The notes under the pieces: model-generated | Databases searched by the model: none | What the model was told of the DNA's origin: nothing | The model's input: the letters and a program-made list of their open reading frames with translations, nothing else | NCBI GenBank assembly: GCA_907165135.1 | Contig: OU015567.1 | Span: 5,642,001 to 5,706,000, forward strand | DNA: 64,000 bases | Direction: 5' to 3' | Source: Oikopleura dioica | Taxonomy: Eukaryota > Animalia > Chordata | Shown: positions 24,111-37,012 of the stretch, piece by piece | How positions within the stretch are numbered: position 1 is the first letter of the stretch | Layout of the letters: every line of letters begins with the position of its first letter | Translations under genes and position numbers: made by a program

Positions 24111-24417
24111 TTCAAAGGTTGAATAAACCAATTGAAAAACATGAAAATTATAAACAGAAACTCCCTTTTTCGATTTTGTGCATTCATACCGCGCTTACTT
24201 GTTACTTCTGCACTTCTTCATGTAAAACACGGCCTGTTTAAATTTAGCTGCAATTTCCCAAGAAGATACATTGAAAAATTACACACCGTAGGCCATTTTT
24301 ATCTTAGTACTATAAATCATTGATTTATGGAAGATATTTATGGAAGAAAATTGAAATAAAATATGGGAGAAAGGATCCCATATTATTTTCTTCAGACAGT
24401 GCGCTATCGGATTGAAA

Positions 24418-27400
24418 ATGAAACTAAAACAGAGTGATGAATCCCCTTCGTCGGATGATAATTCGAGAGAGCGTGTCATTGACGAGGGTGAATCTTCAGA
24501 AATAGGTAAAATTAAAGCCAGTTGACGTATTTTCATGCAATTCCGCGTAGATATCCCCCCGCTGGAACGAGCTGCTGAGTTTTCGCAGCCTTCACCCCAC
24601 TTCAAATCGCCGGAGAAGACTTCTAACAAATCATCCAACTCAAAGGTGGCCTCAAATCTTGATCCCGACGAGCCAAGTAAGCGATCAAATAAATATTGAA
24701 AATAAACTCGAATTATAGCGCCGATTCCCCAACGAAAGACAAGTTCTCCAAAGGAATCAACTGAGATTCCCCCTCGAATACCGTTAGCGGAGCTTCTCCA
24801 ATCTCAGAAGAGCACCGATGGCCGGGAAACTCAGGAAACTCAACCTTCTCAACTGAGCCGATATGAGATGATGGAGCGAGCTGCTGAGTTTTCTCAAAGA
24901 ACTAGTCAAGAAGAACTACTCAATGATCAGGTGCCTTCGGATCCAGAGATCTCCCTCTCCGTCAGCGGAGAACTTTTCGATAATGAGGTGCCTTCGGATC
25001 CAGAGATCTCCCTCTCCGTCAGCGGAGAACTTTTCAATGAGGAGCTGCAGCCAATGGATACTACGGAGATTTCCCAGCAAGAAGAAAAGAAAGCGAACTC
25101 CTCTCAAGGCTCCTCCGTCTATGAAACGCCTGAAAAGAGTCTACCGAAAACGCCGAGTAAGGCTGATCAATCAGCACCCGCAACACCTCCTCAGCCCTCG
25201 AGAAAGCTTCGGCGAAGCCTCTTCAATGAAAATCAGGAAGAAGAACCGATGGATTCCCCGGAGATAATCATGGCGTCCTCAGGAGACACGACGGTGAGAT
25301 CAAAAAAGGTCGAAGATTCCTGGTCGCAGGTTTCTGGAGAGACGCTACGAGAGACTGAAGGGAGAAAAAGGAGAACTCACGATGCGCTGAACTTATGCGC
25401 CGGGAAGTCTCAAGAAGAAAGAAAGAAGAAGTCACAAGAAGGGATAAACCAGACCCAGCGAGTGGGCGATCTTTTAAACCACACAGCGCTTGCTCTCGAC
25501 TCACAACAGTCAACCCAAGCAACTCAAGCTCGACAAGAGTCAACATCAGCAACTCAACTTCAACCTCAAGAAGAGTCACAAGGGACTAATGAAAAATATT
25601 TTACGCCTCCCACTTCTCCAACCTTGGAGAAAGCCTCAGCCACGCAGAAGACTTTCGACGAGGATTTAGATGACGATTACTTTGCGAAGCTCAAATCGCC
25701 GAAAATTAACAAGCAAGCAGATCAGGCTAAACAGCAAAAAAGAGTTAACAGAAAAATGCCGAGATCGAGAGCAAAACCAACGCGTGATGAGGTCAAAGAA
25801 TCGGTGGCTAAAGCCTGTCGAAAATTACAAGCTGGCGGTATTAGTGGACGTCTGGAATTCGCGAGGGCTTTTATTTTAAGAAGAAACCGAGCACGAGATT
25901 CGAGCGATCCCTTGAATCGAGAACTCGAAAATGCGACTTCTTGGGAGCCAAAAGTACCGAATGCGAATTTTTCTCAAAAAAGAGTTAACAGAAAAATGCC
26001 GAGATCGAGAGCAAAACCAACGCGCGACGAGTTGGATAAATCTTTGGCTAGAGCCCTTCGAAAATTACAAGCTGGCGGTATTAGTCGACGTCTGGAATTC
26101 GCGAGAGCTTTCACTTCAACAAGATACCGACCACGAGATTCGAGCTTGAATCGAGAATTTGAAAAAGCGATTTCTTGGGAGCCAAAAGTGCCAAACGTGA
26201 ATTTTTCGAAGCCCGTTCCAGGATCATCAAGCCGTTTCAGAAAGCCTCTTCCAGTAGCGGAAAAGCCTGCAAAAAAAAACCGGGACCTTCGAAATCTAAA
26301 GCTTCAAAATCGCAAAGTCAGGAACGCTCGCAGCCACGAGAAGAGCAGGAGTCAGCTCATAACTGGTCGCAGCAAGTTCTGTTCGATGAATCTGCGGAGG
26401 ATCGACAAGCACTATCGCCTGAACATGATCAGTCCCCACCCGCGCCAATTGACAGAGAGGACGTTCGCGAATCTATGTTTCCCACCTCAAACAAGAGAAA
26501 GCTTCAGACTCCTGAAAAGGAAGCGCAGGGCGAAGCAAGCGCGAAAGATCACGCAGCGAAAAGGAGCAAGCACGAGAAGGAAAATATAACGCCTAAGAAA
26601 AGCGCTTCAAAGCCGACGATTCTCAAGCCAGCTGTGGATATCACCATTGCTCGTCGTCCAGGAAGAGATATTCAACGAGCAACTTCCTCACCGAAGCCTA
26701 ATCCTGCCTCGGTGAGAACATCGTCGCGACCGAATATCCGACCACCGCCACCACCACCGGTCCCTGCTACGAGAGGCCCTGCTCCTCCACCACCAACTGG
26801 ACCAACTTTTCAGCCTCGAGCAGCTACTCCAGTCAGTAGGAGAGCTGGAAGAGGATGTATGGTCCAGGAAGATGTCCTGAGCGAGATTTCGGACTTGTCT
26901 TCTGCATTTGATAATGACAGTCCAGTTAGAGGAGTCGGAAAGATGCAGCAAAAGAGTGCGAAACTGAGGCATGACGAACCAACGTGCAGCAAGAATTTAA
27001 CACCTCCAGCGATGCCACCAGATGCTGATCTTTCTAGCTTCTTGAACTCGAGCGAGGATGAGGAAGTTGACACATCGGAAGTTTCAGAGATTTCAGGCAT
27101 ATTCGACAACACTGCTAACGTCACCAATCATACGTCCGAGAGAAACGTTGCAGTCACTAATGGTACCTCCGAACAGCCTGAGCCTGCGTTTTCTGGCTCT
27201 TCTTTAGATGTTTCCTCCAGAAGGTCGGCACGAAAGGACGATAAAGGCTCTTCAATTGCTGATGCTGTAAAAAGACGACGGAAAGAGAAGGTAACGATTT
27301 GTAATCATGAAAAAGTATTCTAACTTTACCTTAGTCTGACGAGTCCGCCAGTGAAGTGTCAGTCCAACCAGCTTCCAGCTTCAAGCCTTACAAGGTAAAC

Positions 27401-28065
27401 ACACTTCAACTTCTAGCGCTCATTGAATAATTTCCTAGTGCCCAGAGGCGAACTGCGAGATGGCCTTTGTAACATCTAAGGATTTGACGAGACACAGGCG
27501 GTACAAACACACCCACGAAAAACCGTTCAAATGCACTTTGTGCGAATACGCTTCCGCCGAAAAATCAAATCTTCGTCGCCATTTGAAGTCAGTTCAACAT
27601 AGAATACTAAAAAAACTTCGTTATTTATTTTATTAACCCTAACCCCTAACCCTAACCAACCCTGGATAAAAGTTTTTCAGAACTCACTCGGGCGAAAAGC
27701 CCCACGAGTGTCCGCACTGCAAGGCGCGATTTACGCAGAACAGCAGTCTCAAAGTGCACGTCATGCAGCAGCACACGAAGACCGCGCCGAAGTTCGAATG
27801 TAAGTAACAAAAATAAGTTATTTGTTGTTGATTTCAATTCCGCGTTTTAAGGCGAAATTTGCCACACGATGTTTGGCCGAAAGTCCGACTTGAATGTTCA
27901 CTTGCGCAAGCAACATTCTTATCAAGAGGTAACACCGGTTCTCGTTCTTTTTGTTTTGTTTATCGCCGTTTCGTTTAGATTCCCATGCAATGTCGCTACT
28001 GCGAAGAACTCTTCCACGACAGATGGTCGCTCATGCAGCATCAAAAGACGCACCGCTCCAAATAA
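24418..28065 (+). CDS. CTCF: CTCF-derived C2H2 zinc-finger protein with five fingers and a long disordered N-terminus; one homopolymer frameshift at about 26271-26279
   Basis: Spliced C-terminus [140 protein letters not shown] carries CTCF-diagnostic strings ([35 protein letters not shown]). All introns are GT-AG and in frame from ATG 24418. Confidence 0.85.
24931..26210 (+). repeat. In-frame tandem duplications in the CTCF-like N-terminus: 57-bp unit (19 aa) at 24931/24988 and about 240-bp unit (about 80 aa) at 25741/25981
   Basis: Directly visible repeats [16 protein letters not shown] x2 and [18 protein letters not shown]...SWEPKVPN x2. Confidence 0.9.
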
Positions 28066-28293
28066 TGGCGACCCACGGGTGAAGGAAAAATACTAAACCC
28101 CTTTCCTTCTTCTTCACTGTATATAGTTCACACATCACCTCACTTTTATACTCTTAATTCACTGCCTTCCTTTATTTTTTCATTACTGCCTAACTATGAT
28201 TTTAAATTAACGTCTTTTCAATATTAAAAATCTTTTGAAAAATTTAAATACTGCCAAATCGGAAATTTCAATAAACTGACATGATAAAAAAGT

Positions 28294-28915
28294 GTGTATG
28301 AGCCTTCTGAGGATTCGTTTGTCTTTCTTGATGGCATTGAAAAGGAACTTCAGGATCAATGTTTAGGCAAGAAAGTCAGATACAGAAGCATGTTTTGTAG
28401 CGCTTGTTGATTATTTCCACAGAAAAGCCTGGTCTAGCAGTTGAAATCGGGGGTCATTTCATGTGCCTTTGCGAGTTGGACAAAAAGCTACATTCTTTCT
28501 TTTGACATCAACGAGTTATGTTCCGAATGCACGAGTAAAAATGCAAAGAACAATTCACTTATAGACAGCGCCGTAGACAACGCGGGTAGTTGCCTTCGTA
28601 CAGGTCTATTCGATTTTGTCTTGCTAAAGCCTCCGTATGTCGTGACAACCAGTGAGAAGCTCCACAAACCACCAGAAGAGCAAGATCTGAGTGCTTCATG
28701 GAACGGTGGAAATAATGGAACAGAACTTTTATTATCCAGTCTTTTGCAAAAGCACTGAAGTTGTTGAATAACTCTGGTTGCTTGTACCTAATAGCGATAA
28801 GAGAAAACATTCTGGAAGAAATACGCGAGTTTTTGAATGAACGAAGTTATTTGATGAAGATTGTTATTGAAAGAAAACCTGGGCGAGAGTATTAATACTT
28901 GCTCAAGGTTACTCA
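28294..28915 (+). pseudogene. N6AMT1: N6AMT1/HEMK2 methyltransferase pseudogene
   Basis: VYEPSEDSFVFLDGIEKEL, AVEIG..VISCAF, DIN, (N>K)PPYV, WNGGNNG and GCLYLIAIREN follow the family. The SAM-binding GxGxG is collapsed at 28449-28453 with a frameshift, NPPY reads KPPY (28627), and a premature TAA lies at 28893. Confidence 0.85.
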
Positions 28916-28940
28916 TTCATGCGTGAATTTCGATGAGCAA

Positions 28941-30966
28941 ATGCGGCAAAACGAAGCTGCGGGGGACAATATGGACCTGGATGTTGATGAAGAAGGTAAT
29001 TTGTTGTTTTCTTGTCGTAAATTTCGACATTTTAACTTGATTCAGTCTTCCGGAATAGACTTATGAGGCGCCGAAGCGTTACTTCTATCTCTCGCGGTAG
29101 ATTTTCGAAAAGAAACACTCATTCGGTGCAAAATCACGTTCATTAATTAGTAGATGCCTGAAATTTAATAGAAATTCGGGCACCAATACTCACTTCACGG
29201 TGCTAGCTAGGGCTCTAGAAATCATAGAATTCGCCTCTCCCACATTTTTTACGACATTCACTCGAGATACTTTTTCATCCTTTTCGACTGATAAACTCAA
29301 ATTCAGGAAGCAGTGATGAAGGAAGTTCGCTCAGTTTGGGTTCCCCGAAGCATGAAAATCGTACAAGGTAACTCTAACATCTACTCACAAACAGGCTCAT
29401 CGTTCCATTATTTAGCTTTTTCATGGGTCAGCCGAAGCCATCAGACACTGCACTAGAAGATCGATCGCCCCCTCCTCAGCTTCGAAATCGCTCTATCGAC
29501 GTAAACACTCCTCGGCGACAACAAGACGCGGAAGAGGAGCTCGAAACCGCTGCAAAATGCTCCGAACTTCTCTACGAAAACATCGGCCATTACTTCCGGC
29601 TCTTCGCCGACGATCAGGATATGAATGCTCGACTTTTTACTTCGTCGAGCCAGATTATACTCACGGCGAGTATTCTCCTCATAATGAAAATTTCTCCCAA
29701 GACGGATTTGGGCGAGACCAGATTGTGGAAGAAAATCAAAGCGAAAAGGAAGACGACATTGTTTTCGAACATCAGCAGACCAAGGAGGAGCAGAAAAAGA
29801 CGATTCACGACTACGATTTCGAGCAAATGTCGTGTGAAGGTACCTTTTTGAAATAAGAAACAATCTCTTAGGTGGGTTTTGAATTTAATCGGGCAAATTT
29901 GCTCCTGCTCTCTCTTTGACCTTGAGAATATAAACCTATTGTATCATACATGTATGGATAGAACGTTCTCTTCACCTGAGCCAGAAAAGGTTTCTCTTTC
30001 GCCAGTTTCGAGCCCTAGAAAGGTCTCACCGAAGAAGATTCTTTTCGGAGCCCCCGCAAGCCCGGCGAAAAGTGACAGCACGCTAGAAGAAGACTCGATA
30101 GGAAAAGGTCGAAAGTACATTTATAAGATTTTCTTACTAAGCAACTAAAAAGTTCTTTTCTTTCAACCTTTCGAAAGAAATCACTGTCATCGAGAATCCC
30201 AACCGGGCTTTATCAGATACATCTGAAACAGAGCCGCTGACAAAACCGGAAGACGATGAAGTCTTCGAACGAACCTCTTCCCCTGCTTCACTTTCCCCAA
30301 TCCGTTCTTCGTCAGTTTCGCCTGGACGAAGACCGAGACCTCCAGCTGGACTTGGCCTTGGCTTGAGAGCCACTCAAAGCTTATCTTCGAGAGGCCGCTC
30401 GGATTCAAGACGTGCGAAGAATCTCTTGACAAAGGTTTATATCTAGCCAAAGAAGCGGTCAATAAAAGTGATTTTAGAATAACACGGCGAATTTCAAACC
30501 TCTTCTTCTCCAAAACATCTCAGGAGGAGCAAAGAAAGATCGAATATCCGCCGCAGAAAGACTCAAAGACTTTGAGTCAAAGTTCAACCTGGCCAAACTC
30601 TTCAGGATCTTTACAAGCCAAAATCAGACTCAGCATCAAGTCCGAATCGGTCAAAATCGGAGTCATTAACAACTGATCAAAGGTATCACCAAGCCTTTTT
30701 TCTAAACGATTACAGTAATTTTAGCCCGAAAAGACGGAACAAATCGAAAAACCGCTTCAACTCGGCCCACCGCCTGGCCTCTATCGTTGAAGAAAAAGAC
30801 CTCCAAGCGGCGAAAGAATTCTATCAAAACAACTACTGTAATAGAAACGGAGACAACTGTAACGACTCTAGCGCTACTGCGAAAACGGAAAACTGTACTA
30901 CGCTTAATGACAACTGTACGAGCTCAGAACAACCCGCCGCCGATCAAAAGAATCAGACAGCAGTTT
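28941..30966 (+). pseudogene. Multi-exon Ser/Pro-rich gene of unknown family, apparently frameshifted
   Basis: GT-AG-bounded exons can be chained from ATG 28941 through 29046-29096, 29308-29368 and 29417-29839, with a frame break in a T-run near 29635. Later exons are fragmented. Confidence 0.35.
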
Positions 30967-31606
30967 GATTGCTTTTTATTTAATTAGTAGTAATTATTAT
31001 TTAAATCTTATCCTGTTTCATTTTTTTTCTTTTTATCGTTCGAGTACTTTTTGTATATTTGAAATTCGCAACATAAAATTTTCCGTGCCTTGTTAAAACA
31101 GAGAAAAACTAGCGCCTAAACTTTTTCAACTCTTTATTTCCATCCTCGATTCTTGATACATAAAAATTAATTTGCTTATATAAATAATAAATGTTGAATA
31201 ACTGACCTTTCATTTCTGTCGCCTGCTCTTTCCCTAAATTACAAAAGATTTTACATTTGCTTCTCTTAAAAACATCATCGTTTCAGACCTTGCTTCTTGA
31301 AATCATTCCGTACTTTCCATATTGAAATTAATAAATTATTTAAAAAATCACCCTCTTTTCTTTTTTACCTTAATTTCAAGTAATGAAATGAGTTAACTTC
31401 TGAGACGACCTTCTTTACCTAAAGCTCGTCGCATTGCTCATTTTACAGTTCCCTGGGGAATTGTGCGGGCAGTCATTTTGTATTGATTTCGCACCTCCGA
31501 CTTTCCCCTCTGGCCGCACATCTTATTTTATTATTATATTTTTCTTTTTATTCAGAAGCGAAGTGAGACTGAGGGAGTAGAGACGCCTCTGTTTCGCTAT
31601 CTAAAA

Positions 31607-34600
31607 ATGTCGTCGATTCTTCGGTCGGAAGAGATGTGCCTAGCACAGCTCTTCTTGCAGGTAAGAAAACTCAAGTTTAGAGCGATGATTTTCTTCAAAT
31701 TTCGATAAAAATTGGCTGTCGTTTAAATTTTTTCCTAGTCCGATGCTGCTTAATAAGCAGTGCTTATTCCTGCATTTCTGAGCTTGGCGAACTTGGTCTG
31801 GTTCAGTTTCGCGACTTGAACGCCGATGTCTCCGCTTTCCAGCGCAAATTCGTTCCAGAACTTCGCCGCTGCGACGAGATGGAAAGAAAACTTCGTTACT
31901 TGGAAGAAGAGCTTCAAAAAGCCGATATTCCGGTCATCGACAACAATGAGAGTCCCGAAGCTCCCTTGCCTAAGGAGACGCTTCCTTTAGAAAACGATCT
32001 GGAACAGCTGGAGAAGCAGATGCGTGAAGTCTCGCAGAATCAAGAACAGCTGAATAAGAACTTTTCCGAGTTGACGGAGCTCAAGCACGTTCTCCGCAAA
32101 ACTTAGGTCAGTCTGAGCAAGCAGCCATCTTTCAACCCCTTTTCAGAGCTTTTTCGAAGAAGCCCAAGACTTTGTAGCGCAACGACCGGGCGCTGTCGAT
32201 CCCGAAACTGGCGAAGAAGAAAGAATTCGGTTACTGAACAGGCCCGCTCACTTCAGATCCATTAAAAACTTTCATATTGTTATTTCTCATGTTTCACGCG
32301 GCTCTGATTTGCTGCACGAGGAAAAACGCATTTGGAAAAAAAATCGGCCAAGGCGTTTTTTCTTTCTTAATTTTATTGTCACGTGCATGTTCTTATTTGA
32401 TGATTACCCATTCGAAGTATTCCCCGAGCATGAAACCTTCAACTATATTTGGTGAATTTAGATTAATCTCCTCGTATTCGTCTTGTAAGTCTGTATAAGT
32501 CTGATTGTTCATTCTTCGTTTCTATTTTGGGCCGATTAGGTGCTGGCTTAGCCGCTCACAATTGACGGTACTAGTCGCTTCCGCTTGAAAATTATGTGTA
32601 GGGGAAAAGGTGCTAAACAAATCACGTATCAGTATCAATTTTTACGCAATAACTAGACTAGTGGGTAGATCATCGGCCCTTGCCACATCTTCTTCGGATT
32701 GTAAGTGAGCCCAAGAATAGCACTGGACATGAGGAGATGTCTACCAATCCTCTTCGACTTGGATTCATTGCTGGAGTCATTGTCCGAGAGCGCATTCCGC
32801 TCTTTGAGAGAATTCTCTGGCGAGCCTACCGAGGTTAGAATTTCACTTCGATCGATTTGTTTTAAGAAATGTTTCTTAGGAAATGTATTTTTGCGTCACA
32901 TCGAAATCGATACACCCCTGAAAGACCCTGTTACTGGACATGAAGTTCACAAGTCCGTCTTTATCATCTTTTTCCAAGGTATTCCCCAAAACATCGATTC
33001 ACTCTTGCAAGAGTTTTTAGGTGAACAACTCAGAAGCCGCACAAAGAAAATCTGCGAGCCGCTCAAAGCCTCGATCTATCCCTGCCCGGAAAACCCTCAA
33101 GAGCGCCGCGAAGTCGCTATGAACGTCATGACCCGTATCCAAGACCTCGATCAAGTTCTGAAAACGACGAACGAACAGCGAAACCGCATCCTCGCCCAGG
33201 TCGCGCGAAACATTCGAGTATGGTTCATCAAGGTTCGAAAAGTCGCTGCGATTTACCTCTCACTGCATATGTTCTCCGTTGATCTTGGCCAACGATGCCT
33301 GATTGGCGAAATCTGGTGCCCAGTAGCTGAGATTGATCGGATTCAACTAGCCTTCCGTCGTGGAACTGAGCGCTGTGGAGCTTCTGTCAACTCCATTCTA
33401 CACCGAATCAAGACGAACATGACCCCTCCGACATATTTCCGCACGGACAAATTCACCACCGGTTTTCAGGCCATCATCGAAGCCTATGGCGTAGCTGACT
33501 ACCGCGAAATTAACCCTGCTTTCTTTACCATCATCTCCTTCCCGTTCCTCTACGGAGTTATGCTCGGCGACATGGGTCACGGAATCATCATGGCTTTGGT
33601 AGCTGCATTCATGTGTTGGAAAGAAAATGAAATTGGCCGGAAAAAGGACTTGAATGAAATGATCGAGATCTTGTTCAGCGGACGCTATATCATTCTGCTC
33701 ATGGGCTTGTTCTCCACATACGCCGGTTTTATCTACAACGATATTTTCTCCAAATCTTTGAATATTTTCGGCTTTTTACTGGACTGTCAGTGACCAGCCG
33801 GGCATAGAAGATTGGCTGAAAACTGCTCCCGCTGAATCTACGATCCAATTGAACCCGAACTACATCTCTGACGGCCCGTATCCTTATGGTATGGACCCGA
33901 TTTGGCAGTTGTCTAGCAACAAGATCGTCTTCATCGACTCGTTCAAGATGAAGGGCTCGGTTATCTTGGGAGTAACTCACATGTGCTTTGGCTTGGTTCT
34001 TTCTTACTTTAATCACAAGCACTTCAACGATCACGTGACTATTATTTGGGAGTGGATTCCTCGATGTCTTTTCATGGGCTGCATTTTCGTCTATCTTTGC
34101 TTGACTATCTTCATCAAGTGGATTTTCTAGGATGCAACGACTTCTGGCAGCGCTCCTTCCTTGTTGATCAATCTTATTGGCATGTTCATGTTAAAGACTC
34201 CAACGAAGCAGGACAACACATGGGTCTACGGTTCCCTGAATGCTGATGGAGAGGCGACAGCGCAAGGATTGGTCCAAAAGTTCTTGCTTTTCATCGCTTT
34301 TGCCAGCTTGCCAGTTATGCTCTGTGCCAAGCCGTACATCAAGTACAAAGAGTGGAAGGACCGACAAAATCGGAGCACTGCTTACTTTGGCGGCGTTCGA
34401 GTTGAAATCGAGGGCAACGACGATACAGAAGGAATCCTCGACGGAGACGAGCTCGCGCAAGAAAACACTCAAGAACAGCCTCAAGAAGAAGTTGAGGAGT
34501 TCGATATCGGCGGAATGGCATTGCCATTCATGCATGTAAAATTTTTACAGATTATTCACACGATCGAATTCGCGCTTGGTTGCATTTCGCACACTGCTTC

Positions 34601-34948
34601 TTACCTTCGTCTCTGGGCCCTGTCCTTGGCTCACGCTGAGTTGTCGGAAGTCCTTTGGAACATGGTTTTGAAAATGGGTCTTTCTATGTCTAGCTCTGGC
34701 TCTGTCGGTGCGATCATGAGCTATTTGGTTTTCTGGGCTTTTGCTTGTCTTTCTGTTAGTATTCTCCTTTGCATGGAAGGTATCAAAGCTCTTATCAGGA
34801 GCAGTTTTAATAATTTTTTCAAGGTCTTTCTGCATTCTTGCACGCGATGCGTCTCCACTGGGTCGAGTTCAGCGACAAGTTCTACCACGGAGAAGGAATC
34901 ATCTTCAAACCTTTCTACTTCCAGTCAATTTTGTGCGGCGAAGAGTAG
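31607..34948 (+). pseudogene. ATP6V0A: V-ATPase V0 subunit a pseudogene
   Basis: MSSILRSEEMCLAQLFLQ, FQRKFVPELRRCDEMERKLR, YREINPA, GDMGHG, FIDSFKMK, SHTASYLRLWALSLAHAELSEVLW and [11 protein letters not shown]. Lesions: 14-nt insertion 31753-31766, TAG 32104 (expected Gln), frameshift about 33775, TAG 34128 (expected Tyr). Confidence 0.95.
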
Positions 34949-35305
34949 ACTTCATTCACTATTTAATCATAATTTCACATGTATCGTCACAATTATATTC
35001 TGTCATCGTTCGTTCGAATTTCTTCATTTCCAAAATTTATCTTATACACATTTCGGCAATAAATGGAAACTCCTCTGAGGACATAGAATCCTCCTTCAAG
35101 ATATTCGTAAATTACCCATATCTTGCGAAAAGTGTTTTGTATGAAAGGATTGAAAAAGAAGTTTTTATGATTGTTTTCGTTGAAATTTAGCAGCTAAGCT
35201 TGCTGAAAGGCGAACGAGGCTGGTAGTGAAAGAGAGAATGAGAAATTTTGTGCTTTTGATTTTGAATTTTGCTTTGGGTCAAGGATAAAAGTTTTAAAAA
35301 ATGGT

Positions 35306-35814
35306 GATACGGCCTAATTCTTCGGCTTGAAGGCCGAAGGATTGATGCGTATAAGAACACTGATTCTTCGGCAAAAACCGAAGAATAAGTGATAAAAGAT
35401 ACACTGATTCTTCGGCTTAGGAAAATTAATTCACAGATTCCTGAGGAATCATTCTCTGCCCCTTACCACGGGGCTCCGCCCCTTAGGTCCTAAAATGCCG
35501 GGGTCTAGTCTATGGTTACTTAGGGTTACCTTCGTCATTTTGCCCAGTGCCCCCTAACCCTAACCTCAAATTATAGAATGCTCTTATTGCTAAAAATGAG
35601 TTTTTCTCTAGAAAATGTCTTTTTTTGCATAAGTTATGACTCACAGATTACAATTCTCAAAAGATTTTCGACAATGGATTCTAGAAAATTTGCCGAAGAA
35701 TCACTGTCAATTTTATCATAAATCCTTCGGTTCAAGGGAATTCCCAATATGCCGAAGAATCAGTGTGAATGAAAGCATCAATTCTTCGGTCTTGCCGAAG
35801 AATCAGCCCATACC
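35306..35814. mobile_element. Foldback/MITE-like element in the first protease intron
   Basis: Left arm carries repeated (G)ATTCTTCGGC and right arm the reverse complement GCCGAAGAATC. The ends GATACGGCCTAATTCTTCGGC / GCCGAAGAATCAGCCCATACC are imperfect inverted repeats. Confidence 0.75.
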
Positions 35815-36756
35815 ACGTAAAAAATTGATAAGGTGTTCGAGATTTTATTGAGGAAACGTGAAATATGCCAAATTGAAATCTCCAAAAAGCGAAACAGACG
35901 TCGATGGTGGATCAATAAGATGCGACAATAATGAGTGCTCTCTAATTTGCAAGGAAAATCATATTCTTGAGGGAAGCGAGGCTTCCAGATGCATCTATTT
36001 TCGAGGCTTTAATCGCTGGGAACTGAAAAGAGAATTAGGAATATGCGAGCCGATACGACGAAAGCAGGACGGCCTCGATTGCGATGAGTTCTCAATCAGC
36101 GATGAATTCAGGGTCAACTACAAGCACGGCAAAAACGGAAGAAGCAGGGCAATTATAAAATGCACAAACAATCAGCCGGTCAAAATGAAGGGTGAAATTT
36201 ACCCTCGCATTTATGCTGCGTGTTTTTGGAAACATTCCTTGTGCCAGTGGACTTTCCGAGCGCAAGACTGGAAGTACGAGAGGGAGAATAAGTTTGAACG
36301 GGATCACGATATTTTGGAAATAAGCCTTGCCGAGTTGAACCTGAAATGTATGCCTTCCTTTAAGCCACTTGACAATCAAATCTGACGAGTTGTTCTTCGA
36401 GAGAAAATGAAACGGGCGAGCGAATACATCTGAGAATAGAAAATGGGCCATTTAAAATGGCGAAAAAGCTAGCTTAAAAACTTGGCCGGGTTTTGCTTAC
36501 TTGAGATTCTGTGGAGCTACTGTTATTTCCCATGAATGGATCGCTACAGGTTTATTCATTTTCTATTAATTTTGTTTGTAGTATTTTAGCTGCTCATTGT
36601 CTCGACTATTATTATTTACGTGACTTTCATAACCTTGAAATCGAAATTGAAACTCCAGATAATACGCTAGTTAATTTAACCACAGAGAGAATTCTTCTTC
36701 ATCCTGAGTACCTAACTATTGACTCGTTGTATCGACCGATTGAACAGGAAGAATAT

Positions 36757-37011
36757 TATTGGGATCTTAGATTCGTTAGACTCCCTCGTCCCCTAAGGTC
36801 ACTTGCTTATCTAGATCGAGCTTTGCTCGGTCGCCGCCGTGTATTTCTCTTCATTCGGTAATTCACGCAGTTCGTGAATTAACCTCTATTTTACTCCAGC
36901 TCGAAATACAGACGTCAAGATACTTTACTCGTTTTCTTCACTCGTCCAGATATAGAGAGCAGGCAAACTACGCTAGAAGTGGGAGATTCAGCAGAAGCTA
37001 GGATCCCTTCA
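36757..37011 (+). repeat. 5' LTR
   Basis: Matches 42991-43245; termini TATTGGGATC...GATCCCTTCA. Confidence 0.97.
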
Positions 37012-37012
37012 G

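Noticed and set aside
22251-24131. Minus-strand ORFs 22251-22499, 22792-23214 and 23541-24131
   Set aside because: Antisense shadows of EMC8, the small mitochondrial-type gene and UBA1 exons.
36757-37011. Relationship between the 255-bp LTR and the 254-bp satellite unit
   Set aside because: Similar length only; no sequence similarity seen.
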